Shown here piece after piece: positions 44,255 to 58,797 of a stretch of DNA of 64,000 nt; position 1 is the stretch's first letter; each line of letters starts with the position of its first letter. The translations under genes and the position numbers were made by a program. The notes beneath the pieces were generated by a model. It worked only from the letters and a program-made list of their open reading frames with translations, had not been told where the DNA came from and did not search any database. The stretch comes from Eledone cirrhosa (taxonomy: Eukaryota), in assembly GCA_964016885.1 (NCBI GenBank), contig OZ024755.1:10230001-10294000 (forward strand). The letters are read 5' to 3'.

Positions 44255-45330
44255 TTGTAACATCGCGTGGTAACATCAGTGTTTTGTAACACGACATTGT
44301 CACATCTCTGTTTAGTAACACGACATTTTCACATCTCTGTATAGTCACATCACGTTGTAACATCACTGTATAGTCACATCCCGTTGTAACATCACTGTAT
44401 AGTAACACGACATTGTCACATCACTGTATAACCACGTCACGCTGTAACATCACGTAGTAACATTACTGTATAGTAACGCGACAATATCACATCCCTTTAG
44501 TAACACAACATTGGCACACCTCTGTATAGTAACAGGACATTGCCACATGTCTGTATATTAACACCACATTGTCACATCTCTGTATAGTAACACGACATTG
44601 TCACATATCTGTATATTAACACGACATTGACACACCTCTGTATATTAACACGACAGTGTCACATCTCTGTATATTAACACGACATTGTCACATCTCTTTA
44701 TAGTAACACGACATTGTCACACCTCTGTATAGTAACACGACATTGTCACACCGCTGTATAATCACATCACGTGGTAACATTACTGTTTAGTAACACAACA
44801 TTGGCACACCTCTGTATAGTAACAGGACATTGCCACATCTCTGTATATTAACACCACATTGTCACATATCTGTATATTAACACGACATTGTCACATATCT
44901 GTATATTAACACGACATTGTCACATATCTGTATATTAACACGACATTGACACACCTCTGTATATTAACACGACATTGTCACATCTCTGTATAGTAACACG
45001 ACATTGTCACATATCTGTATATTAACACGACATTGTCACACCTCTGTATAGTAACACGACATTGACACACCTCTGTATATTAACACGACATTGTCACACC
45101 TCTGTATAGTAACACGACATTGTCACACCTCTGTATAGTAACACGACATTGTCACACCTCTGTATAATCACTTCACGTGGTAACATTACTGTTTAGTAAC
45201 ACGACATTGTTACATCACTGGATAGTAACACGACATTGTCACGTCTCTGTATAGACACATCACGTTATAACATTGGTGTATAACCACATCACGTTATAAC
45301 ATTTGTGTACAGCCACATCACGTTGTAACA
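44255..45330. repeat. 29-bp minisatellite
   Basis: GTATAGTAACACGACATTGTCACA(C/T)CTCT, more than 30 units. Confidence 0.95.
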
Positions 45331-46084
45331 ATATCTGTTGTAGCAATGAGTTAACACAAGTTTAATAATCTGCCAATGCCCGAATACTAAATAAAGAAAC
45401 TACGTCATAACTATTTCAATAAGAATTAATCTTACTTAACAGACAGACGATATTTCCAAGGCAATTCTTTATCATTTTATTGTCATTGTGTTGCTTTCTT
45501 CTTCTTCTTGTCTTCAAGTAAGACATTTCTATTATTTATCAAGAGATTGTGTTAAGTATTTATAGTAAAGCATATCCAATACGACAGGCAACAGCGATTT
45601 TCTATTATACGTTGGTCATTAATTGTACAAGGACAAATCCGTGTTTGCAATGATAACTTGGAAATTAATTTAGGTTTCCAAGTAAATCTTTTATCAACAA
45701 TGCAAGAGAATATAAAGCCGATTACTTAACTAATATGTCCAGTCAGCTTGAAATTTAATCGTAATGTTCATGTCTTTCTGTGACACGAGGAGGAAACGTA
45801 TATTTGTTCATCATCATCATCATCCTCACCATCACCATCATCATCGTCATAGTGACTCCAGCACTGCCACTTTACAGAGCGTAATGGATGCATTTTATCA
45901 AGAAAATCACAGACATGCGCAATACAACCTGTAGGAGCTCAAAGATTCTCAGGAATAAATCCGAACATTTATTAAAAATTAAAGGTTGATTGACACAGAC
46001 ACAGACACATGTATGTATGTATGTATGTATGTATGTATGTATGTATGTATGTATGTATGGATGGATGGATGGATGGATGGATGG

Positions 46085-46514
46085 ATGGCCATCCAAAATC
46101 ACCTGGGGAGATGACCCCTTAGCCTTTGTCAAGGCAGAATTCTAGGAGAAGGAAAACTCTGATATAACACCTGCAACCCTGATGGTATCCAATGATGTTG
46201 ACTTGTTCTTCTTTTTGGTAAATATCATCTTGGTTAAGAGAGTGGGACTGGCTTTGTGCAGTGCCTTTGCTCACTATAAAAGCTTCACGGCACAGGCATT
46301 GCTTTATATCTGGAGATCTCTCTGCACTTGTCATCACATGGTACCATGGGCCCAGCACTATGTGTTAATAATTGTCACAAGTGTAGTGATTGTACCAGAG
46401 TTTTCAAGTCGCTGGCTGGACTAAAAAGTCACACTCGTTCAGCGCATTGGTAGGGGTTCTCCTACAGGGATATAAAGTAGTGGCCGTACTCGAAAACGAG
46501 TTGGCAGCCACCAT
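46085..46514 (+). mobile_element. RTE-derived bipartite retroposon, 5'-truncated
   Basis: Near-identical to 18421-18850; starts within (ATGG)n. Confidence 0.8.
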
Positions 46515-46532
46515 ATATATATACAAAATAAA

Positions 46533-46736
46533 CATATCAAACATTGACAGGGGATAATTTGTAAAGAATGTAAGCATACCTAGTTACAGAGGTAGCATAT
46601 TTAAATATAGATACCTGGCAATAATGATTATTGCCAGGTATCTATATTTGAAATTTCGTTAAATTTTAATATACTACCTCTGTAACTATGTGTGCTTGTA
46701 CTCTTTATAAATTAGACCCTGGCAATGTTTAATATG
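46533..46736. repeat. About 200-bp imperfect palindrome
   Basis: Centre GATACCTGGCAATAAT-G-ATTATTGCCAGGTATC; outer arms diverged. Confidence 0.85.
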
Positions 46737-46784
46737 ATCATTTTTCATATATATGTCAATCTTTAGAAATCATCAGGAATCTTA

Positions 46785-46837
46785 GAGATTCCTGATGATT
46801 TCTAAAGAACGAAACAGTTCTAGTCCTGTAGAATCTC
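46785..46837 (+). ncRNA. Type I hammerhead ribozyme
   Basis: GAGATTC-CTGATGA-T TTC(TAAA)GAA C-GAAA-CAG(TTCTAGTC)CTG-TA-GAATCTC: 7-bp stem I, 4-bp stem III, GUA triplet; preceded by a 22-bp inverted copy of itself (46761-46782). Confidence 0.82.
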
Positions 46838-46838
46838 A

Positions 46839-46886
<48 letters not shown>

Positions 46887-47065
46887 GCAGAAGAATATTG
46901 CTCATAATTAGGTGTTACGTAGTAACTTCTTGAGGATAAGCCGGTCCTACCGAAGCAAAGCACTTCACATCAGTAGTTTATCCCAGGTAGGAGAGTGGCG
47001 GAGTATTCATTTATCAAATAATTATTTCTACTTTTGGCACAAGGCCAGCAATTATCCCTGTGCAA

Positions 47066-47309
47066 ATGGTAGTTAAGACGGGATTATTTCACCATAATTG
47101 TTTATTGCATAATATATATTTCTGTTACATAGTTATTCATGTGACTTCATCAGATTCTTACGCAATCATAGGTGCAGCTATGCAATCATTGGAATATGCT
47201 GGTGGCTAAGTATAACTATCCTGTAAAGATGAAGCCACATGAATAATCATGTAACAGAAATATATAGCACGCAATAAACAATTTTGGTGAATTAATCCCG
47301 TCTTAACTT

Positions 47310-47313
<4 letters not shown>
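47066..47313. mobile_element. Fold-back PLE-like element with decayed hammerhead (47104-47166, minus)
   Basis: Arms 47066-47150 / 47227-47313; minus strand CTGATGA-A-GTCACAT..ATGTAAC-A-GAAATATATA. Confidence 0.6.
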
Positions 47314-47375
<62 letters not shown>

Positions 47376-47411
47376 ATATATATACATATATATATGCATA
47401 TATATGCATAC

Positions 47412-47445
<34 letters not shown>

Positions 47446-47479
47446 ATATATATACATATATATATGCATATATACATAC

Positions 47480-47517
<38 letters not shown>

Positions 47518-47687
47518 GTGTATATATACATATATATATGCATATATATATGCATATATATATATATAAATACATATATATATATATATATACACATATA
47601 TATATATATATACACATATATATATATATACACACACATATATATATACACACACACATATATATATACACACACACATATATATAT

Positions 47688-47734
<47 letters not shown>

Positions 47735-47779
47735 CACACGCGTATATATATATATATATATATAAATATGTGTGTGTGT

Positions 47780-48116
47780 CTGATGGTAGCTAAGATGCTT
47801 CCATAGGCGGTATGTCGGTTGAGCACTCTATGCTCTTACAGAGCAGAGTATGATATAATATAAAACGAAAAATCAGTGATGCATCTGAACTCAATTTATT
47901 GTGTGTTATAATTGTTTCTCCGGTACACAGCTTGAGACACGATCATTGTGTGGATCTGTCTTGCTCCGAAATGATTAGACGTGTCCGTCGAACCTGCGGG
48001 TCCAGAATCAGTCAGATTCACACAATGATCGTGTCTCGAGCTGTCTGCCGGCGAAACAATTGTAACACACAATAGATTGAGTTTAGATGCATCACTGATT
48101 TTTCGTTTTATATTAT
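47780..48116. mobile_element. Fold-back PLE-like element with hammerhead 3' half
   Basis: About 105-bp arms 47853-47958 / 48013-48116; GAAA-CAATTG-TA-ACACAC at 48053; tail on the left, microsatellites on both flanks. Confidence 0.7.
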
Positions 48117-48642
48117 ATATATATATATATAAACTTAATTACATATTGTATATAAAAAGCATTCACGCTGTGTTGTCATTGATAATAAGTATGACCTCTG
48201 TATAACCAGTTTTCTTTCACAACTAATTGACGATGTCACTAAAATGATCTTTTGTCCTCTAAATTTTCATTTTATCATCACATACATACAAAATACATCA
48301 CAGCTTTAATTGAAAAGCTGGTATGACCTTCAGATATAAATATTTATTCTTTCAATATACACAAATTCATTCAGTATTTGTTCGAAATCGTAACGAATCT
48401 TGAAATAGTCAGAAAGTCTGATAGTTTATAAAGTGATGAAAAAAATAACAGTAAGGTGTTATATTTCACGTGGAGATATTTTTTAGGTTGGTGGTGGGTG
48501 TGTGCAATAAAAAACGTGTGTGTGCACACATAAGAGATGGCGACTTGAATGGATCTGTTTTTTTTTCTCTAAGAAAAACTTTTTTCGTTTCTGCCACTGC
48601 CCAATCTCCCCTGTCTCTCTACTTCTTATATTTCGCATTCTA

Positions 48643-48679
48643 TTTTCTGATGAAGGACTAGCATCCGAAACGTTAAGAC
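48643..48679 (+). ncRNA. Minimal hammerhead (Penelope-type)
   Basis: CTGATGA-A-GGA(CTAGCA)TCC-GAAA-CGT-TA-AGA with palindromic AACGTT; weak stem I. Confidence 0.7.
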
Positions 48680-48972
48680 TCTTTTCCTACTATATCAAGC
48701 GAAAAACTAATAATATATTTCTTCATTGTACTGTGTCATTTGCTTTGTTATTTTTGTTTACCCATGCATACAGACACTGTATTCTACTGGATTCTCTTTT
48801 TACTTATAATTAAAATAAATGAGAGTGAGACAAAATGGTATTTTGACAAAACAAGTTGACTTCGTTGCCTGGAGAACGATTCGGTGGGTTATGACATCAA
48901 TATAAGTTGTGATCAGTTTCTAACCATACTGAGCAATGGGGATATTACTAGGATAAAGTTGTCCCAATTTAT

Positions 48973-49072
<100 letters not shown>

Positions 49073-50454
49073 ATCGACGTCGCACTTGAACAATGAAGGC
49101 AACACTAATATATTTATCTGAGATGGCCATTTCCTAAACACCAATTGCAACACTAATATATATATATACATACATACCTACATATTTTATTTTTATTATT
49201 AATAATATTGAGCAATGGTGATACTACTGGAATAAAGCTGTCGCAATTTATAATGTAGTTGGGACAAAAGTAACACATGTACATATTTTCAACAATACAT
49301 AATCCACATAAAAATACATATTACTAGTTTAATTTGATCAAAATTAAACATTTTAAATTAAATATAAACGACTATTTTTTGAAAGTCAGTATTGAAAGGG
49401 TTAAAAACCACGTGAGAATATCCTCGTATGTCCCTAACACTAAGACACATTTTCCTTCCCCCACTTATTGAATTATTTCTCCTAAACCTTCTTTGCTAGT
49501 CTCTCATCCTTCTGGAACACAATTTCCTTCCACGTTTCTGTTCCGACAGTTTTCTAAAAATAACATCTGTTTCTAAGCATATCTAGATATATTTCTACTG
49601 TAATACAGTTAGAATGTAGCAGAGATGGTAGTTTTCTGTGTTGGGCCCTTACTTGGTTCAAACAACCGAACTACCTCTTCTTGGATTAACGTGCATTTTA
49701 TTTAATAAGTAGGCGGCAAAAATGTATGATGGACTTGAAACCCTGACTGTGGATGAATGGCTATTGTCTGTGTATTGTTGTTAATGTACGAGGTGACCAA
49801 CATAGAGAGTGACACAGATAGGCCTGGTAAGTGTGTGTATAGGTGAACACGTTTATATGCTCACGTACACATGTTAGCTCGGTGAACCTTATACAGGTAA
49901 ATATGCGTACACATACAAGCTAAAACAAACAAATAGAGGTGTCCATTAGGAGATGCAGAGGGAGTACAACATTGGCACATGCATGCAAGGGACCACATTC
50001 TATGTCTTGGGTGTGGTCTAGGGGGGACATAATTATGTCTAGAGGGACATAAGAGATACTGGAAGGCATCACGTACTGAGCTATGACAGTAGATCCACCA
50101 ATCGCTGAACAATGAAGGATGACGGTCACTGCGGAGGTCAAGAGAAATAAAACCAGGATATGAAAATGGTTCCGGAATAAACGGTACGAAACATCTTAAA
50201 CCGACGCCAAGGCGATCGCAGCACTGGTCCTCACGCAAACACAACGCCGGACGCAGGCGACATACGCACAGGTGTACACACAAGCAAGCACACACATGTG
50301 ATGTGTATAAATGTGTTAGTGTGTGAATCCGAGAGATTCTTATGGTAATGCATATGGTAACTGCCCACAAACGCGGGCATAAGAGTATATATATATATAT
50401 ATAAGAGTATATATAAATATAAATATATAAATATAAATATATATATAAATATAA

Positions 50455-50523
<69 letters not shown>

Positions 50524-50574
50524 AATATATATATATATAAATATATATATATATAAATATATATATATATAAAT

Positions 50575-50609
<35 letters not shown>

Positions 50610-50612
50610 AAT

Positions 50613-50647
<35 letters not shown>

Positions 50648-50650
50648 AAT

Positions 50651-51400
<750 letters not shown>

Positions 51401-51458
51401 TATATATAAGTCTATCCCGGGTTCAATACCACAGTATGTAAGGTACTCATTACAAGGC

Positions 51459-51642
51459 AGAGTATACATATTTACTATAGAAAGGCTTCTACAAGACTAG
51501 AACTGTTTCATTCGGGAGAAATCATCAGGAGATATCACCAGGAGAAATCATCAGGAGGCCTTCATTCTTCCGAATGAAACAGTTCTAGTCCTGTAGAAGC
51601 CTTTCTAAATTGAATATATATACTCTTCTGCCCGCATTTGTG
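51459..51642. mobile_element. Fold-back element with hammerhead (51482-51562, minus), same family as 46785
   Basis: Arms 51459-51519 / 51566-51626; minus CTGATGA-TTTC(TCCC)GAAT-GAAA-CAG(TTCTAGTC)TTG-TA-GAAGCCTT; internal duplication of GGAGAAATCATCAGGAG. Confidence 0.75.
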
Positions 51643-51686
51643 TGTATGTATATATTATACACATAAATATTTGCGTTTAAGCATGC

Positions 51687-51756
<70 letters not shown>

Positions 51757-51990
51757 GCTTATGCATACCCATATTCGCTCATATATACACATACATACAT
51801 CAAAATATGGGGAGAGAGAGCGAAGATATGAGTGGTTTAAGTAATGTGGGGGGTGCTAGTGGGGAGGGGTGTATGTGTGCATGTTTCATTGCATGTTCGT
51901 GCGTTTGTGTTTGTTTGTATGTATGTGTCTGTATATAGAATGCTAAATCTGTGTTGTGGGACCGGGGAATCAAACGAGGTGGATCACACC

Positions 51991-52027
<37 letters not shown>

Positions 52028-52029
<2 letters not shown>

Positions 52030-52196
52030 AAAAAGTATGACCCCCGACGGCAGAGCTCAAGCCGTTTCGACGGCTACTTCTGGACCCAGAAATAGCCGTC
52101 GAAACGGCTTGAGCTCTGCCGTCGGGGTCATACTTTTTCCTATTTCCCACTTTACTACCCTAAGTATTGAGGTGCGTTATGGTCAATTCCTTTGTT
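52028..52196 (+). mobile_element. Fold-back mini-element family F
   Basis: Palindrome plus tail nearly identical to 6921-7124; (TA)n on both sides. Confidence 0.8.
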
Positions 52197-52296
52197 ATAT
52201 ATATATATATATATACACACGTACATCCGTATATATACATACATACACACTTGCATACATACATTCGTATATACATACATGTGTGTGTATTACCCT

Positions 52297-52470
52297 AACG
52301 TCCCCTTTATTTACGTGTCCCAACGACTTTTTTTAGCCGTTGTTCGCACCAACCTGAGGTATATGGCCCTTAAAGCGATGAAATGCCTGGGACGGTTGGA
52401 GGGTCACTGATGAAGGACTTACTTTTTCATATGCACCCCATTTGCAACGCGCAGCCATCATTATTATTAT
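52297..52470 (+). repeat. Unclassified interspersed repeat family G
   Basis: See 50960; ends in (ATT)n then (TA)n. Confidence 0.65.
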
Positions 52471-52638
52471 ATATATATATATATATATACGTACATCCGT
52501 ATATATACATACACACTTGCATACATACATGCATATATACATACATGTGTGTGTGTGTGTATATATATATATATACACACGTACATCCGTATATATACAT
52601 ACATACACACTTGCATACATACATTCGTATATACATAC

Positions 52639-52669
<31 letters not shown>

Positions 52670-52725
52670 CGTACATCCGTATATATACATACACACTTGC
52701 ATACATACATGCATATATACATACA

Positions 52726-52757
<32 letters not shown>

Positions 52758-52901
52758 CACACGTACATCCGTATATATACATACATACACACTTGCATAC
52801 ATACATTCGTATATACATACATGTGTGTATATATATATATATATACGTACATCCGTATATATACATACACACTTGCATACATACATGCATATATACATAC
52901 A

Positions 52902-52937
<36 letters not shown>

Positions 52938-53001
52938 CACACGTACATCCGTATATATACATACATACACACTTGCATACATACATTCGTATATACATAC
53001 A

Positions 53002-53064
<63 letters not shown>

Positions 53065-53119
53065 GTACATCCGTATATATACATACACACTTGCATACAT
53101 ACATGCATATATACATACA

Positions 53120-53153
<34 letters not shown>

Positions 53154-53250
53154 CGTACATCCGTATACATACATACATACATACATACATACATACATAC
53201 ACACTTGCATACATACATGCATATATACATACATATGTGTGTGCATGTAT
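52470..53250. repeat. Higher-order repeat built from microsatellite units
   Basis: CGTACATCCGTATATATAC...CACTTGCATAC units of about 90 bp alternate between ATGC and ATTCGT variants. Confidence 0.9.
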
Positions 53251-53390
53251 GACACGTCGTTTATCGATCATTTGTCCTTGGCCCAACATTAAAAATAGAT
53301 AAAACATATACAATAAACACATAGCAACAACAGCAGCAGCAGCAGTAGGAACTACCATTACATGCAAAAGATTCAACAGCATATATATAC

Positions 53391-53523
<133 letters not shown>

Positions 53524-53857
53524 GTTTTTACAGTGTAGTAAGACCATTATTCAGCAGAGTACTCAATACTTGGGATAGTAGAGTGTATGTTAGAGTCTAA
53601 CTATATTAGAAAGAGTGTGTGTGGGGGGGGGGATTCCCGGAGGTGTGGTGTCCAAGAATAAGACACCTTATTTGTCTCTTCTCCAGAACCTTTCACCTGG
53701 CAAAAATGAATTCTACCTGTGTCACACCGAATCTCCCTGAGTTTCACAGTACACGTGTCTATCGAAGGCTCAGCCTTACGTTAATTTCAAGAGCAGACAG
53801 ACCCTTGACTTGATCGAATCAACTAGAACATTCTTCGTCGAAACCGACGGAGCTCCA

Positions 53858-53888
<31 letters not shown>

Positions 53889-54296
53889 CGCACAGACACA
53901 CGCATACACACAGACACATACACACACATACATAGCGCTAACCGTGATTCTTACTCGCTTAATTACTTACTCCCTATGATACTTCTAGTCTTTCGTACTC
54001 ACTAGTCACCTCCGCCCACTCCTCCCCTTCCCATTACTGCTCTTTTCCCTTTACCCTCCTCCAAACCACGCTATTGTGTGCTTCTTCCTCTTTTTCAACC
54101 TCTTAGTTCTCCCCTTCCTTCTTGCTCCCCTCTCTCTACACCGCTTTTATAATTGTCAAGTCTCTTCCCTACCCGGCCGCCACGTATCATATAACTAAAC
54201 AACTTGATTTCGTCATCACCTCTTTTATTAATTTAGTTACACTATTATTTTCATATTCATATATACCGCACACACATATTTTATGTATGTATGTGA

Positions 54297-54343
<47 letters not shown>

Positions 54344-54365
54344 AAGATGTATACATACATATATA

Positions 54366-54399
<34 letters not shown>

Positions 54400-54409
54400 A
54401 GAAGATGTA

Positions 54410-54474
<65 letters not shown>

Positions 54475-54481
54475 ACATCTT

Positions 54482-54527
<46 letters not shown>

Positions 54528-54586
54528 TATATGTATATATGTATGTATACATCTTCTTATATATATATACATGTATATATGTATGT

Positions 54587-54618
<32 letters not shown>

Positions 54619-54655
54619 TATAAGAAGAAGATGTATACATACATATATACATATA

Positions 54656-54706
<51 letters not shown>

Positions 54707-54708
<2 letters not shown>

Positions 54709-54840
54709 CGAAGGAAATGTGGTAAGGAACCAGTGGACCATAACGCACCAAAGTACTCAATACTTAGGGTATTAGAGTGGGTAGTAGGAACGAGTAGGAC
54801 CCCGACGGCTGAGCTCAAGCAGTTTTCGACGGCTAATTCT
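54707..54840 (-). mobile_element. Family F copy without fold-back
   Basis: Reverse complement of the F tail and hammerhead 3' half; (TA)n on both sides. Confidence 0.75.
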
Positions 54841-54942
54841 ATATATATATAGTAATAATAATAAATGTGATGACTAAAATCCAAAGAAGGCTCGATAAGG
54901 ATAAATATATATCAAATATATAAGAACCCTAGAATAAATATT

Positions 54943-55058
54943 TATTAAAATAACAGATTAAAGTTTAAGCAAAGAATCGCTGCTTTTACCCATAACAGGA
55001 TCTTCTGAAGATCCCCTTAAGGAAAGCACCGATTCTTTGCTTAAACTTTAATCTGTTA

Positions 55059-55100
<42 letters not shown>

Positions 55101-55310
55101 TATTTTCTCCCCAAACTACTAAAACACACATCTATTTGGATATGCGCTACAATTTATGCGTGATTAGTTTAGCTCTGAGTGATTAGTTTAGCTCTTAGCA
55201 CTCTAAAATGGTCAGGAAACTCCGATATGCGATAAACATAACATGTGCATAAAGTGTAGCGCATATCCGAATATATGTGTGCTTTAACAGTTTGGGAGAA
55301 AATATAATTA
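54943..55310. repeat. Two adjacent fold-back elements separated by (TA)n
   Basis: Palindromes 54943-55066 (centre GGATCTTC-T-GAAGATCC) and 55095-55310. Confidence 0.8.
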
Positions 55311-55590
55311 TTGGAGAAGGGCATGCAGCCCCCCCCCCCTCCCCCAGTTTACATTTAAAAAAAATATATATATATATATATATGACAAGAGAAGAACATT
55401 ACAAGAAATCCCATTTTTACGAACGTACAGTATATGATTACTGATTTCCCAAGTCTCCCCCATTATTGCAACCCATCCTATTATTTGGGACCCGAGAGTG
55501 CCACCAAACTCTCCTCCTCTATGTCTATCACACAAAACTCTTTTAATCCCCCTCTCTATATCTACTAAAATCAAACTCTACCTCTCTTTC

Positions 55591-55753
<163 letters not shown>

Positions 55754-56647
55754 CATTGCGGCATTGCTCAAACGACTGCCAATTCAACGCCTCGTCCACA
55801 AATATAGTTATACGTGAGTAAAATACGTAAGTAAAATCTCCTTTCAGAATTACGCTAAGGGTGCACGCATCTGTGGAATGCTCAGCCACTTGCGTCTTAA
55901 TTCAGGAGCAGACTGTTCTGTTAATCAGGATTGGCGACATCAGCGAAACCGACGGAAGTCCTTTCCATAATCGCCCCCAACACCTTGCGTGTATATATAT
56001 ATACACATAAAACGAGGATTGCCTTTTTCAGTCGGCGTCGTTGGCCAAACTGAAAGATGAGTAAAGTATAGGATGACTCACAGAAGTTGATGAAATCAAG
56101 TTTGATATAATAGACTACACAATCTGGACTTTAATGGAAGAAGGAAGAAGATAGAAGAAAGACAGTTTGTTATTCATGCAATGGACAAAGCATATTTGCT
56201 TCAAGGATGGGAGTATTAGAAACAAGAAAAAAACTTCCGTAACATATTTCCTTTCATTTATTAAAGTCTTTTCTAGAGAACGGCTCGCCACTTATTGGTG
56301 ATAATTGGTGACAACACTAACACAGCGTGACTCATAACAAAAACGTGTATAGATTCAAATAAAATATAAATAAAATATCGTCATTATATCATCATCATAT
56401 CATCATCAATTTTACGTCTATTTTTCCATCTTAATATTGGTTGGACAGGATATTTTACAGCCTGATGACCGTCTTAACTGTAAAAAATTAGCTCAAAACA
56501 TCCTATTGAAACTATGCCAGCATGAGAAAAACGATGATAATGATGATGACGATGAGAAGGAGGGGGAGGAGAATGGGGGATGTTGATGATGATGATGATG
56601 ATGATAATAAAGATATTGTATATGGGCTCGTGTGTTTATAAATAATG

Positions 56648-57080
56648 ATTTCTTCTACAGTCACAAGGCCAGCAATTTGGGGGAGGGGAAAGTCGATTAA
56701 ATCGATCAGTGCATTACTGGTACTTTATTTTATCGACCCCGTAAAGACGAAAGGCAAAGCTAACCTTGTTAGTTTTACTGTCAGTATTTTAACCCTTTAT
56801 ATATAATTGGTGAAGTGTGTTATATGTGTGACATACGCAGTAGCTTTACTACTAGGTGATAAATTGGTAGCATCGGTAGAGCGTCGGATTAATGTCCAAT
56901 GTTTATTCCAGCATCCTGCATTTTGAGTTTAAACCTCGTCGAGGTCAACATTGCCTTTCAATCTCTGGGGGTCGATATATAAAAGGGCGGTGGATTTGAA
57001 GAGTTTTTAAAGAGTTAAACGCGATGTTTTGTGGTATCTGATCCATCTCTGAACATTCTGAGTTCAAATGCCGCTTCTTT
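56648..57080. mobile_element. SINE family A fragments in both orientations
   Basis: 3' half on minus at 56648-56767; decayed plus copies at 56855-56985 and 56985-57080. Confidence 0.7.
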
Positions 57081-57287
57081 CTGCCAGGATTTGCGACCAG
57101 CAGAGAATATCAGTAATGGAAAAACCAATAGAAACATAATTTCCTTGGTCTGGTCTGACGATAAGTTCTTTCTTCTCCCAGTATTTGCGACCGATATATA
57201 GTGTCAACACTAGTAATTCCAATGGACACATAATTCCCTTGGTCCGGTCTGACAATCGGCGCCTTTCCTTATTTCTAAGAACCATAC

Positions 57288-57600
57288 TAGGTATGGCTGA
57301 ATGGCTAAGACTTTCTCCTCGTAATCATGAAGTCTAGGATTCGACCCCACAGCGTGACATCTTGAGCAAGTATCTTCACCATTGCTTTGGGTCGACCCAA
57401 AACTTGTGAAAATAATCTGCTACAAGGAGAATATTTGGAAGCCCGTTACTGAACTGTACCTGTAATTCCAAGGGCCAACTTTGTCACATATTGTGTCACG
57501 CTGAGAATTACTTTAGGGTTCCACGTATATGTGTTATACTTAGCCACTTTCACGTTAATTTCAAGAGCGGACTGTTTCGTTGATCGAACAACTGGAATAG
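57288..57600 (+). mobile_element. SINE family B-related copy
   Basis: tRNA head GGTATGGCTGAATGGCTAAGA...GGATTCGACCCC and the family B 3' region. Confidence 0.7.
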
Positions 57601-57943
57601 TCATAGTCCATGTCCGTGTATTTCATCACGTAGTTTAAATACGTAAACCAATATAGACAATGATGAACAATTGTTATATTATTTCATAGAATAGTTATAA
57701 GAGAGACTGAGCACATTACATACGGATGTCTCTGGACTACACAAGGTTTTGTTTTAATAAGAAACCATTTGAAAATAGCGTGGGATTTCACCAATTGCAA
57801 CTTCCTTATTATGTCGCTATTAATGATACAATACTTAACTCTACTTGTGTAATACTTTAGTTTTAGTAAACAAAAATCCTACCAAAATCTCTGCCTTACG
57901 GTAAAGGCTTAACCGTATAGTACACACACATCGTCCATATAGT

Positions 57944-58006
<63 letters not shown>

Positions 58007-58007
<1 letters not shown>

Positions 58008-58362
58008 TCTCGAGTCCCGAATAATAGGGGAGATTAGAATAAGTAGGGGGTTTGGAAAATCGGTAATTTTTCAGGTTGTCGCCGTTGATTTAATAAAGAA
58101 CATCAGAATTCGTCGTTTAGTTTACATATTAAGACTTCCAAACCATTCTATTTATTTTATAACGTATGAGATTTCTACTAATGTACTTTTGTCATGTATA
58201 AAGAAAAATTAATTGTCGCATGAATGCTATCGCTTAAAATAAAATTTAGCTAGAGATATATTAACAAAATTTAATAAAAGGAGTTTTGGAATAAGAGCGG
58301 GGGGTCGGAAAAAATTTGAAAAATTAATAAGTGGGGGAGGACAATTACTCGAGACCCCAGAG
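58007..58362. mobile_element. TA-flanked MITE (Tc1/pogo-like)
   Basis: Imperfect TIRs CTCTCGAGTCCCGAATAAT / ATTACTCGAGACCCCAGAG inside (TA)n. Confidence 0.6.
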
Positions 58363-58546
58363 TATATATATATATATATATATGTAAATATACATACATG
58401 TGCGTGTGTGTGGGGGGGGGATCCCGTAACTCCCGAGGGGGTCTTAGGGGCGACGCATTGACATACGGCGCATCTAGGGCATTTTTTAAACCTGGCAGAG
58501 TCCATCTCTTCCTCCTCTCTCTCTCAATATATATATATGAGAAGGA

Positions 58547-58628
58547 CCTTCTGACGAGAATCCCCTTCTCAATGGTGGTCCGCCTGGATTATCCATTTAT
58601 TTTGGGATTTGAAACCGCGCGGTAAGGA
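58547..58628 (+). ncRNA. Type I hammerhead with 53-nt stem II
   Basis: CTT-CTGACGA-GAATCCC...GGGATTT-GAAA-CCGCGCGG-TA-AGG; perfect palindrome ACCGCGCGGT in stem III; inner helix AATGG/CCATT. Confidence 0.78.
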
Positions 58629-58797
58629 TACATATAGTAAGTACAGCGAACTTTTAAAAATTTATTTTAAAACTTTTTTTCTATTTGCTAAACCTTGATA
58701 TATATATATATATATATTGACATAGACTTAAAGAATGCGACCATGTCGCAATCTTTAAGGGTATGTCAATATTTGTTTATAAAACTGATCTATATTA

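Noticed and set aside
44255-45330. Regular 29-bp array as CRISPR
   Set aside because: No unique spacers, eukaryotic context, no cas genes; the same applies to the 23-, 58- and 106-bp arrays
52405-52420. CTGATGA in family G (also 37455 and 51023) as hammerhead, C/D snoRNA or SECIS
   Set aside because: No downstream GAAA or closing stems, and no convincing box C/D pair or SECIS helix
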